Below, one piece after another: positions 49,780 to 58,340 of a stretch of 64,000 nt of DNA. The stretch comes from Terriglobia bacterium (GTDB lineage: Bacteria; Acidobacteriota; Terriglobia; JAIQFV01). The notes under the pieces were generated by a model that had not been told where the DNA came from, did not search any database, and saw only the letters and a list, made by a program, of their open reading frames with translations. The translations under genes and the position numbers were made by a program. Positions within the stretch are counted from its first letter, which is position 1. Each line of letters opens with the position of its first letter. Location of the stretch: positions 124,162-188,161 of the forward strand of contig JAIQFV010000009.1 of the NCBI GenBank assembly GCA_020073085.1, written 5' to 3'.

Positions 49780-52056
49780 ATGAAGTTACTCAAAGGGATT
49801 GCTTTTATGATTATTTTACTCGGAGCGGCCTCAGTCCTCTACTTCGCCCAGGAAGCAGAAGACCGGACGCTTCTTCCCTGGTCGATCGTTCAGAAGATTG
49901 TGGACGAGGCCTCCGGGGACCGCGCCATGCATACAATGCTCGAAATCGCCCCCTATCCACGGCACCGGAGCAAGGAAGAATACGAGAACAAGTTTCTGGA
50001 GAGTGCCTACATTGAGCGAAGGGCCAGGGAAGCGGGGCTTGATGGAGTCGCCGTGGAACGCTTTCCAGCGGGAGGCGGTCCGGCGACAGGAAGAGGGGAT
50101 GCAGGAAACACACAAGCACCCGCAAATCCGTTCGCGGGCAAGACATGGGAGGGTTCGATCGGCCAGCTCTGGCTGGTGGAGCCCCGGCCCCATAAGCTAC
50201 TCGACTATGCGGATGTCCCGACCATGCTGTGCGCGAACAGCGCAAATGGCGACTGGACAGCCGAACTGATTGACGTCGGGAACGGGTCCCGCCCCGAAGA
50301 TTACAAGGACAGGGATGTCAAAGGGAAGATCGTTCTCGGGTCCGCCGCCCCCGGCGTGCTTCAGCGTATGGCCGTATTTGAGCGGGATGCGATCGGAGTG
50401 ATTTCATATAACTCCTTGCGACCGGAGTACGATGTCCAGCAGTCCCTCTGGGAAGGCATTCAGACTCAGCCTCCCAATCAACCCCGGTTTGCCGGGAAGA
50501 AAGCGGGATTCGGTTTCAAGCTCAATGCCGAGATGGGACGCGAACTGCGCGCGCAGTTGGATCGAGGGACTAAGGTAAAACTGCGTGCCGTCGTCCAGGC
50601 GGATTGGTATCCCAACACCATGGAAACCGTGTTTGCCCGGATCGCGGGGGACGGGTCGAGCGAACAGGAGATCATACTCTCTGCACATCTCTACGAAGGC
50701 TACTTGAAACAAGGCGCCAACGATGATGCCAGTGGCAGCGCTGCCATCCTCGAGGTCGCACGAACACTGAACGCCTTGATCCACAGTGGACAGCTCTCCC
50801 GACCCCGCCGGACCATCAATTTTCTGTGGGTGCCGGAAATCAGCGGTACCACGGCCTGGCTCCGCGCCCATGAGGAAATCCGCAAGAGACTCATCAATGA
50901 CATTAACATGGACATGGTGGGGGAAGGACTACAGAAGAACAACGCCTCCTTTGTGTTGAGCCGCACTCCCGATACGACGCCCAACTATCTGAACGACGTG
51001 ATGCAGAGCGTTTTCGAATTCCTTGGAAACACCAACCGGGAACGGGTCCGCTATCGCGCCGGCGGCTATGCCATGTCCTACCCGATCGTTTCTTCGATCG
51101 GTTCCGCCGAACCGTTCCACTTCAACATCGATAAGCATTATGGGGCCTCGGACCATGTGGTTTACCTCAACAATGGAATCCCGGCCACAATGATGGGCGT
51201 GTGGCCGGACATGTGGTATCACTCCTCCGGCGATACTCCCGACAAGGCGGATCCCACCCAGCTGAGGCGCGCGGTGGTGCTCAGCGCCATGGGGGCTTAT
51301 ATTGTCGCCTCCGCGGACGATGCCGGAGCCGCACGGATTGGGGCTGAGTCTCTGGCGAGAGGGGACGCCCGCATCGGCGACGCCCTTCGGAAAGGGCTTG
51401 CTTACCTTGCCGACTGGAACTCAGACCTGCTCCCCTCCGCGTTTAAGGAAGCCATCAATACAGTTCGTCATCAGGGAAGAATTGAAAAAGCCACGTTCGA
51501 ATCTGTGCAAACGCTGCTGCCGTCATCGATGACCGATGAAGCCAAGGAGAAAACGGTCGACCCGTTCCTTTCGATCATCGATGAAAGAACCTGGGTGGCA
51601 GAGAAACAGGTTACGGAGTTTTATGTCCTCCGGACAAAACGGGCTCCACCGGAGCTCATTTTGACTGCGGACGAGGCCAAGGCGGCACGGTTGATCCCGG
51701 AGCGAATCGGAGGTCAGGGAGGATTTGGGGGCGGGATCGCACGACTCCTCGAGCAACAACCGGAAGCCGACCGCAAAGCCCTCGAAGAGGCGTTGAGGAA
51801 GGTGCCCCAGCATATGACCGCGGAACTCAATGTAATGCTGGCCCGCAATGGAAACAAGGATGATCCCCGCAAGTATTCGGTTCTCGAGATCCGCGACTTT
51901 CTCTCGGGAGAATTTGAACCCATTACCCTGCAGGACATGACGGCGTACTTCAATGCCCAGGAAAGACTCAAGTCGATTCGATTGATCGAAAGAGCGGAGG
52001 AACCGGCGGCGGCGCCGAAAGGTCAGAAGTCGAAAGGTAAGAAGGGTGGAAGATAA
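49780..52056 (+). CDS. M28-family peptidase with PA domain, secreted
   Basis: SAHL, GANDDASG, NMDMVG, SDH and YHSSGD; signal peptide. Confidence 0.88.
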   Translation: MKLLKGIAFMIILLGAASVLYFAQEAEDRTLLPWSIVQKIVDEASGDRAMHTMLEIAPYPRHRSKEEYENKFLESAYIERRAREAGLDGVAVERFPAGGGPATGRGDAGNTQAPANPFAGKTWEGSIGQLWLVEPRPHKLLDYADVPTMLCANSANGDWTAELIDVGNGSRPEDYKDRDVKGKIVLGSAAPGVLQRMAVFERDAIGVISYNSLRPEYDVQQSLWEGIQTQPPNQPRFAGKKAGFGFKLNAEMGRELRAQLDRGTKVKLRAVVQADWYPNTMETVFARIAGDGSSEQEIILSAHLYEGYLKQGANDDASGSAAILEVARTLNALIHSGQLSRPRRTINFLWVPEISGTTAWLRAHEEIRKRLINDINMDMVGEGLQKNNASFVLSRTPDTTPNYLNDVMQSVFEFLGNTNRERVRYRAGGYAMSYPIVSSIGSAEPFHFNIDKHYGASDHVVYLNNGIPATMMGVWPDMWYHSSGDTPDKADPTQLRRAVVLSAMGAYIVASADDAGAARIGAESLARGDARIGDALRKGLAYLADWNSDLLPSAFKEAINTVRHQGRIEKATFESVQTLLPSSMTDEAKEKTVDPFLSIIDERTWVAEKQVTEFYVLRTKRAPPELILTADEAKAARLIPERIGGQGGFGGGIARLLEQQPEADRKALEEALRKVPQHMTAELNVMLARNGNKDDPRKYSVLEIRDFLSGEFEPITLQDMTAYFNAQERLKSIRLIERAEEPAAAPKGQKSKGKKGGR

Positions 52057-52203
52057 GCGCATGGGTGGTCCCTGTACAGACTTCAGGGTGAGCCTTTGCA
52101 TCGAGACTACTTTCCATAAGTCTGTCTCTTGTTGCGAAAGTATTATAGTTTATTTGAATTCACGAGGAGGGTGGGCTGTTCTTTAGCGGGAAGGGGTGTA
52201 CCT

Positions 52204-54000
52204 TCAGGGAGCGTTCACCGAAAATTGGGTTTCCGGGTTCACATCTACCGAGATGACGGGGAGAATAATTCTGAAGGTGGCGCCGCCTTTCAAGTTATTC
52301 TCGGCGGTGATCTTCCCGCCGTAATGCTGCAAGATCGAGTGTCCCACACTGAGTGCCATCCCGGTGCCCTTGCCCACTTCTTTCGTCGTATAGAAGGGCT
52401 CGAAGATCCGGTTGGGGTCTTTGACTCCGGGTCCGTCGTCAGAAATCGACACGAACGTGTTGTCGCCATCTATTCCTGTCGAGATGGCGATGGTCCCGCC
52501 ATCCTTTACATCGCGGATGGCCTCCATGGCGTTTTTCAGGATGCTTTGAATCACCTGAACGAGGCGATCCCGATTGACATTGACCCACATGGGATCATGC
52601 CCAAAGCGCAACTTCGTGTTGATATGACAGTCCTGAAAATCCTTTTCAAACGGACTTAAAGATTCCACGACGAGGTCGTTCAGCTCGATGGATTCCACTG
52701 CATGTTCGGGGACCCGGACGAAGCTTTGCAGACTCTCTACAATTTTCTTGGAGCGCGCCGCCGCCTGGAGGATGCGGTCGAATCGCTGACGCAATTTCGG
52801 ATCGAGCGCCTTATCCTGCAGCGAAAGCTCAGAAAACCCCATGACAGTAGTCAGCGGGTTATTCAACTCGTGGGCTGCCCCCGAAATCATCTGGCCGAGA
52901 GCCATGAGTTTCTCGGCATGCTGGAGTTGCCGTTCCATGGTCTTCATTTCGGTGACATTGCGCCCCACGGTCAGGACGCCGGTGACGTGGCTCTCGGCGT
53001 CATAGACAGGCGACATGGAGATTTGAAGAGTGCGGTAATTCTCCTGGGGCGCTTCCATCTGAATTTCCAGGGATTGGGGCTTGCCCTGAAAAACAGCAGT
53101 GGCCGCCTGTTCCACAAGGAATCGGTCTTTCCCCCGAATAAACTCGCGATAGCTTCTTCCCTTCAGCTCTTCGGAACTCAGGCCCAACCCCTCCTCACAC
53201 TTCTTGTTGGCCCATTGAAACTTGCCCTCTTGATCGGTGACAAAAATGGAATCGTTCGCATTGTCCACCAGGCTCTGGACAAACTCGCGGTGTTTCACGG
53301 CGTCATCCCGATGCTTCTGCACCCCGACTTTCTCGCGCTCGAACAAGTAAACGAACATACCCACCGCCGCAAAGAATCGGGGCAGGTCAAGGAATTGCAG
53401 AAGCAGTGGGGTGAGATACTCCCACCTCAGAACGATACCAAAACTCATGAGGCCGATTCCGCCCGCCGCAAAGCCGAAGATCAGCGTTTGGACCCCGATG
53501 GAATGCGGTCTCTCTCGAGAGCGGAAAAACACCCAGCCGGTGTATAGAAATACGAGACCGATCAACAGGCTAAACACGGAAAAGTGGTAAAACACCAGCA
53601 CCTTCCAAAAATAACCTGGGGTATTGGAGCGCGTGACATCGGGGGTCGCGGAGGCGGAATGATAGGCTTGCCAGTAGCTGAGGAGTGCAAACAGGAGGCC
53701 CAGACCGACAACCGGGGCGCGGGGCGTTCGCAAGCCAACAAAGGTCCGCGCACTGAGGCAGAACATGATGGCAGCAGCCGCCAGCAAGATCTCATCCAGA
53801 AGGAGTGCAAACTGTATGTTTCCCAGGCCGTTAATGACGGCTACCTGTGCCAAATATTGGAGCAGTAACAGCCCCCAGCCGAGTGTCCACAGCGTGAAAA
53901 ACCGCTCCCTCAACCCTCGCTTGGAGAAGACGAAGAAGATAACCGCGAACAGAGCGATGGTGAGAAATGTGGTCAATCCGTCGGCTAGATAAAAGTCCAT
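52204..54000 (-). CDS. Multi-TM PAS sensor histidine kinase
   Basis: About 7 TMs, PAS/PAC, AHELNNPL, KNAMEA, DDGPG, FYTTKEVGKGTGMAL. Confidence 0.95.
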   Translation of the reverse strand: MDFYLADGLTTFLTIALFAVIFFVFSKRGLRERFFTLWTLGWGLLLLQYLAQVAVINGLGNIQFALLLDEILLAAAAIMFCLSARTFVGLRTPRAPVVGLGLLFALLSYWQAYHSASATPDVTRSNTPGYFWKVLVFYHFSVFSLLIGLVFLYTGWVFFRSRERPHSIGVQTLIFGFAAGGIGLMSFGIVLRWEYLTPLLLQFLDLPRFFAAVGMFVYLFEREKVGVQKHRDDAVKHREFVQSLVDNANDSIFVTDQEGKFQWANKKCEEGLGLSSEELKGRSYREFIRGKDRFLVEQAATAVFQGKPQSLEIQMEAPQENYRTLQISMSPVYDAESHVTGVLTVGRNVTEMKTMERQLQHAEKLMALGQMISGAAHELNNPLTTVMGFSELSLQDKALDPKLRQRFDRILQAAARSKKIVESLQSFVRVPEHAVESIELNDLVVESLSPFEKDFQDCHINTKLRFGHDPMWVNVNRDRLVQVIQSILKNAMEAIRDVKDGGTIAISTGIDGDNTFVSISDDGPGVKDPNRIFEPFYTTKEVGKGTGMALSVGHSILQHYGGKITAENNLKGGATFRIILPVISVDVNPETQFSVNAP

Positions 54001-54244
54001 GAGTGCTCCTGGCGAGAGAAGGTTCCTCGCCCGTGCTGCTTATTTTTTCGGCTAAAGGAGGGAAAACTTTAGAAAATAATGACCCGGAGGAGGAACTTCT
54101 CCCAAGGAACCCGCATGCGTCACTGTTCCATTGCCCCCCACCTGCGATTTCTTTATCATAAAGAGGAGTGGAAACTCCCTGTCCATGCTCAAGCGGGATC
54201 TGGCAATCCCACCGCTCAACTCAGGTCACGAAAGGAAATAAGGA

Positions 54245-55540
54245 ATGAAACCGCGATATTGGATCATCCCGGCGGCCATGATTGCCATCGCTGCCCTTCT
54301 TCTGAGCTTTTCGGCAAAGGCGAGCAACTCGCTGAGAAGTGCGATTCCCGCCTCAAGCCCCGAGGAAAAATCCCCGCCGTTCTTCAAGATCCGCGCCATT
54401 ACGGCGTTTGTCTCCATCGACCCCGGCCGGATCGAAGAGGCGGTCTCCGAGGCGGTTCAGTTCCTGGAGAAATCCCGGGACCGGTTTCAATCGGCCGGGT
54501 TCGAGGTCCAAACCATTCGGCTGGCCACCCAGCCCTTTCCGGAATATACGAAAAGCATGTCACACCGGGCGGCACTCGAACTGATCCAAAAACTGGATCG
54601 ATTGGCGGTGCAGCACCACCTCGATCTATCCATTGGACCGGGAATTCTCGAAGACCGCGACGATCCGGAAGCGGTGGCATTGATTACGGATATTCTGTCG
54701 CATACCCAGACCACCAATACCAGCGTGACGGTGGCTACTCCGGAACGCGGGGTTCAACCGAAAGTGGTTCGCGCGGCGGCACAGATCATGAAGAACCTTT
54801 CCACAGCCTCAAAGGGTGGCATCGGAAACTTCAGCTTTGCCGCGGCAGCAAACTGTCCTGCCGGGATTCCATTCTTCCCCACTGCTTACCACCTCGGAAC
54901 CCAAAAGCAATTTGCCCTGGCCATTCAGTGTGCCAGCCTGGTTCAGGAGGCCTTTGCGCATTCCCTCTCGCCTGCGGAAGCTCGTGTCAACCTGAAGAAG
55001 ATCTATGAAGCGCAATTGCATCCGGTTGAAGTCATCGCTCAGGGATTGTCGGAGGAGACCCGGTGGAATTATGAGGGGATGGATGTATCCACGGCTCCGT
55101 TAAAGGAAGTCTCAATCGGCGCAGCGATCGAAACCCTGTCGGGAGTCCCGTTTGGAGATCACGGCACGCTGACGGTTGCCGCCCTGATCACGGATGTCCT
55201 GAAGAGCTTGAACTTAAAGCGTGCTGGATATTCCGGACTGATGATTCCGGTCATGGAAGACGCGACCATTTCACGGCGGGCGGCCGAAGGAAGGTTGTCA
55301 CTCGACAAACTGCTCCTGTTCTCGTCGGTCTGCGCCACCGGCATTGACGTGGCGCCGATTCCGGGCGATACCCCGTCGGCTGAAATTGAAAGGGTCATCA
55401 TGGACGTGGCCTCCCAGTCCACCAAGCTGAAGAAACCTCTTGCCGTCCGACTCCTCGTGGTACCGGGGAAAAAGGAAGGGGCCATGACGGAATTTGAAGA
55501 TCCGTTCCTGGTCAATACGAAGGTGATGTCTGTGAAGTGA
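54245..55540 (+). CDS. DUF711 family protein with signal peptide
   Basis: KIRAITAF, VQTIRLAT, PFFP.AYH, GYSGLMIPVMED, SVCATGIDVAPIPGD. Confidence 0.88.
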   Translation: MKPRYWIIPAAMIAIAALLLSFSAKASNSLRSAIPASSPEEKSPPFFKIRAITAFVSIDPGRIEEAVSEAVQFLEKSRDRFQSAGFEVQTIRLATQPFPEYTKSMSHRAALELIQKLDRLAVQHHLDLSIGPGILEDRDDPEAVALITDILSHTQTTNTSVTVATPERGVQPKVVRAAAQIMKNLSTASKGGIGNFSFAAAANCPAGIPFFPTAYHLGTQKQFALAIQCASLVQEAFAHSLSPAEARVNLKKIYEAQLHPVEVIAQGLSEETRWNYEGMDVSTAPLKEVSIGAAIETLSGVPFGDHGTLTVAALITDVLKSLNLKRAGYSGLMIPVMEDATISRRAAEGRLSLDKLLLFSSVCATGIDVAPIPGDTPSAEIERVIMDVASQSTKLKKPLAVRLLVVPGKKEGAMTEFEDPFLVNTKVMSVK

Positions 55541-55543
55541 GCA

Positions 55544-55576
55544 GCGTGATCCCGGCCTGGCGGGATCACGCCTTTC
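55544..55576. terminator. Hairpin between convergent genes (possible terminator)
   Basis: gcgtgatccc-ggcctggc-gggatcacgc followed by cttt. Confidence 0.5.
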
Positions 55577-55606
55577 ATCTTGATTCTTTTCACACGCACT
55601 CTGCTC

Positions 55607-55930
55607 TTACCGGGTCTGTCCATCGTGCTTTTGCCGATAAATGCCCCGGCTGGTGCGATTCAATTCACGATTCAACTGGCGCCGCTCGGCCGGGGTCACC
55701 TTCCCATCCGACTTGGCGAACAATTTGTCGGCTTGAATCTTTCCTTCGCGAGACTCAAGGCCACGGGCTTCCCGGTAAGTTAATTGCCCACTCCGGATTC
55801 CCTGGTTGATTCGTGCCTGCTGGCGGGCCTGGCGTTGATTGATGCCGGGGGTCCGTGTCCCGGCAAGAATCGGGAGCGTGAGGGCGAAAAGGAACACACC
55901 GCACGCAAGAAAACCCATCAACTTTTTCAT
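55607..55930 (-). CDS. Small secreted protein with internal repeat
   Basis: AGGAGG RBS, signal peptide, TPGINQRQARQQARINQGIRSGQLT..E and KSDGKVT..ER. Confidence 0.88.
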   Translation of the reverse strand: MKKLMGFLACGVFLFALTLPILAGTRTPGINQRQARQQARINQGIRSGQLTYREARGLESREGKIQADKLFAKSDGKVTPAERRQLNRELNRTSRGIYRQKHDGQTR

Positions 55931-56130
55931 GACATCCTCCTGTTCATCTGGAATTCCGGAGGGCCCTCCGTTTTTCAATCTCTTGGACAATTGAGGATCT
56001 CAAGAAGTTTAATCGATGGGACGCGCAGAAAAACGGACCGTGCGGAGCTCTAACTATGAATTCGTGTCATCCGTGTCGTCTGTGTAATCAGCGTCCATGA
56101 TTTATTGAAGATCTCTCGGGGCGGGGGAGC

Positions 56131-57129
56131 TCATTCCGGATTGCGAAGCTCATTCAGGGCTTGTTCGACGTAAGGGCGAACCATTTGCTTGCGCCAGTAC
56201 ATGAGGAAATCGGTGTTGTCGAGGGGTTTGGCCACGGCATGCGCAGCGGCCGCGGCGGCGCGAATGCTGCTCTCACCCAAGGGGCGACCAATTAAGAGTT
56301 TCTGCGCTTCAGTGACTTCCATCGCATGCGGGGCGATGGCGCCCAGGATGAGTTTCGCGTCCCGGACAGTCGCGTGATCCTCTTCAAACCAGACACAGGC
56401 CGCGACGCCAAGCACCGGAAAGTCGAACGCCCCGCGACGCCTCAGTTTTGCGTAGCTGGCGCGCCATCCATTGGCCGGAGGAAGCAGGATTTCGGTCAAC
56501 AGTTCGTTGTGCTGTTTTGTTAAATAGTGAATTCCATCAAACCTGGAATAGAGTTGAGCGATGGGAATCACCCGCTCTCCCCCGGGAGAAACCAGTTTGA
56601 CCCGAGCACCCAACGCGATCAGGACTGGCACTTCATCCGCCGATTGAACGGCCCAGCAAACTTTCGATCCCGGCGCCACCCAACAGGTATCGCCGTCTTT
56701 CTTCAGGCAGAAGTGAACTCCTTTGCGCCATTCGTAATTCTGGTCATAGTAATTGCAGCGCGTATCGAGGAGCAGATTGCCGCCGAGGGTTCCCATATTC
56801 TGCAGGACCGGGGTCGAGATCAGTCTCGCTGCATGAGCGATGACGGGGTAATATTTTTGAATGGTCCGATTCTCAATCAATTCAGTCAGGGTCACGGCAG
56901 CTCCGACGCTCACACCCGTGGTTGAAGGAGCACCTGTGATTTTTTTTAGAGCGGCAATACGCTGCAAACCAATCACGACCTTGGGGGTCTGCTGGCGGCG
57001 CTTCATGTTGGGATACAGATCCGTTCCCCCCGCGACGAATTGTCCCTCGGCGCCGGCTTCCGCCATCAGCTTCACGGCATCTGCAATCTTCCGTGGGGCA
57101 TGATACTCAAACTTTGGGAGTCGCATCAT
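56131..57129 (-). CDS. hcrB: FAD subunit of a xanthine-oxidase-family enzyme with [4Fe-4S] insert (4-hydroxybenzoyl-CoA reductase beta-like)
   Basis: AGGTDLYPNMKRR, TLGGNL, four-Cys insert RCNYY..FCLK..TCWVAP..VC, and KLRRRGAFDFP. Confidence 0.85.
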   Translation of the reverse strand: MMRLPKFEYHAPRKIADAVKLMAEAGAEGQFVAGGTDLYPNMKRRQQTPKVVIGLQRIAALKKITGAPSTTGVSVGAAVTLTELIENRTIQKYYPVIAHAARLISTPVLQNMGTLGGNLLLDTRCNYYDQNYEWRKGVHFCLKKDGDTCWVAPGSKVCWAVQSADEVPVLIALGARVKLVSPGGERVIPIAQLYSRFDGIHYLTKQHNELLTEILLPPANGWRASYAKLRRRGAFDFPVLGVAACVWFEEDHATVRDAKLILGAIAPHAMEVTEAQKLLIGRPLGESSIRAAAAAAHAVAKPLDNTDFLMYWRKQMVRPYVEQALNELRNPE

Positions 57130-57144
57130 CGGGAGACCCGTTCG

Positions 57145-58125
57145 TTATTTCTTAAATGGCAAATGATCCAGATCCACATTCCCGCCCGACAAGATAATCC
57201 CAATCCTCCGGTTCGCGAATCCCGCGATCTTCTTAAAGATCGCCGCCGCGACCGCCACGGCGCCGGAGGGCTCAACGACGATCTTCATCCGTTCCCAGAT
57301 ATGCCGCATCGCCTCGATGATCTCATCCTCGCTGACGGTCACAATTTCGTCCACCAGCTTATGGATAACCGGAAACGTCTTCTCTCCCAGGGATGAGCGG
57401 AGGCCATCCGCGATGGTCTGCGGATGAGCTTGCAGGATGATCTTTCCGGCTTGCTTCGATTGAAACGCATCATCAGCACCCTTGGGTTCACATCCAATGA
57501 TCCAGGTTTCGGGGGAAAGACTTTTCATGGCAAGCGCGGTCCCGCTGATTAATCCCCCACCGCCGACCGGGGCCAACAGAAAATCGAGCCCTTCTTCCAC
57601 CTGCTCGTGGAACTCCACGGCGCAGGTTCCCTGTCCGGCAATGACGCGGTAATTATTGTAAGGATGGATGAGGACGGCGCCTGTTCTGGCCATGAGTTCA
57701 TCCGTCATCGACTCCCGCGCCTCCAGGGTGGGTTTGCAGAAGGTGATCTCTCCTCCATAGTTTCGGATCGCTCCGACCTTTGGCGCCGGGGCATTTGAAG
57801 GCACCACGATGTATGCCTTTATGCCTCGAATCCTGGCAGCCATCGAGAGCGCGGCCCCATGGTTGCCGGAAGAGTGAGTGATCACCCCCTTCGCGGCTTC
57901 CGCATCATCCAGCGACAAGACGGCATTGATGGCCCCTCGCGCCTTGAAGGCGCCTCCCTTTTGCAGGTTCTCGCACTTAAAGAAGACCTGGGCGCCGGCC
58001 ATCTCGTTCATCGTCCGGCTCGTCATGACGGGGGTTCGATGGATGTGCGGCCGTATTCGCTGGAGAGCTTCCCGAATCGTCTCCAGTCCTGGCTGAGTCT
58101 CAGCGTTTATGGTTGGAGTTGTCAT
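57145..58125 (-). CDS. PLP-dependent serine racemase / threonine-serine dehydratase family protein
   Basis: KCENLQKGGAFKARG, HSSGNHG, PVGGGGL, EPSGA and SGGNVD. Confidence 0.92.
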   Translation of the reverse strand: MTTPTINAETQPGLETIREALQRIRPHIHRTPVMTSRTMNEMAGAQVFFKCENLQKGGAFKARGAINAVLSLDDAEAAKGVITHSSGNHGAALSMAARIRGIKAYIVVPSNAPAPKVGAIRNYGGEITFCKPTLEARESMTDELMARTGAVLIHPYNNYRVIAGQGTCAVEFHEQVEEGLDFLLAPVGGGGLISGTALAMKSLSPETWIIGCEPKGADDAFQSKQAGKIILQAHPQTIADGLRSSLGEKTFPVIHKLVDEIVTVSEDEIIEAMRHIWERMKIVVEPSGAVAVAAAIFKKIAGFANRRIGIILSGGNVDLDHLPFKK

Positions 58126-58164
58126 AAGAATTCAATCACACTTTCTTTAGGTGTTTCTGAGTTT

Positions 58165-58305
58165 TGGTAACCCCGGTCCGCCGCGGCATCCGCCATTATT
58201 GCCGGCGGATCGCCGGCGGATTTTCGGGTTTTGGCAGCCCCGGCGAGCCCGCCGCGGCGGGCCGGGGGATAATCACGCGGTCTCACGGAAGCCCCGGTTT
58301 GCCAT
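58165..58305. repeat. GC-rich REP-like hairpins
   Basis: ttttggtaaccccggtccgcc...ggcgga and ttttggcagccccggc...gccggggg. Confidence 0.6.
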
Positions 58306-58340
58306 GGCGGACATCTGGTCAACTCGGTACCGAACATTCC

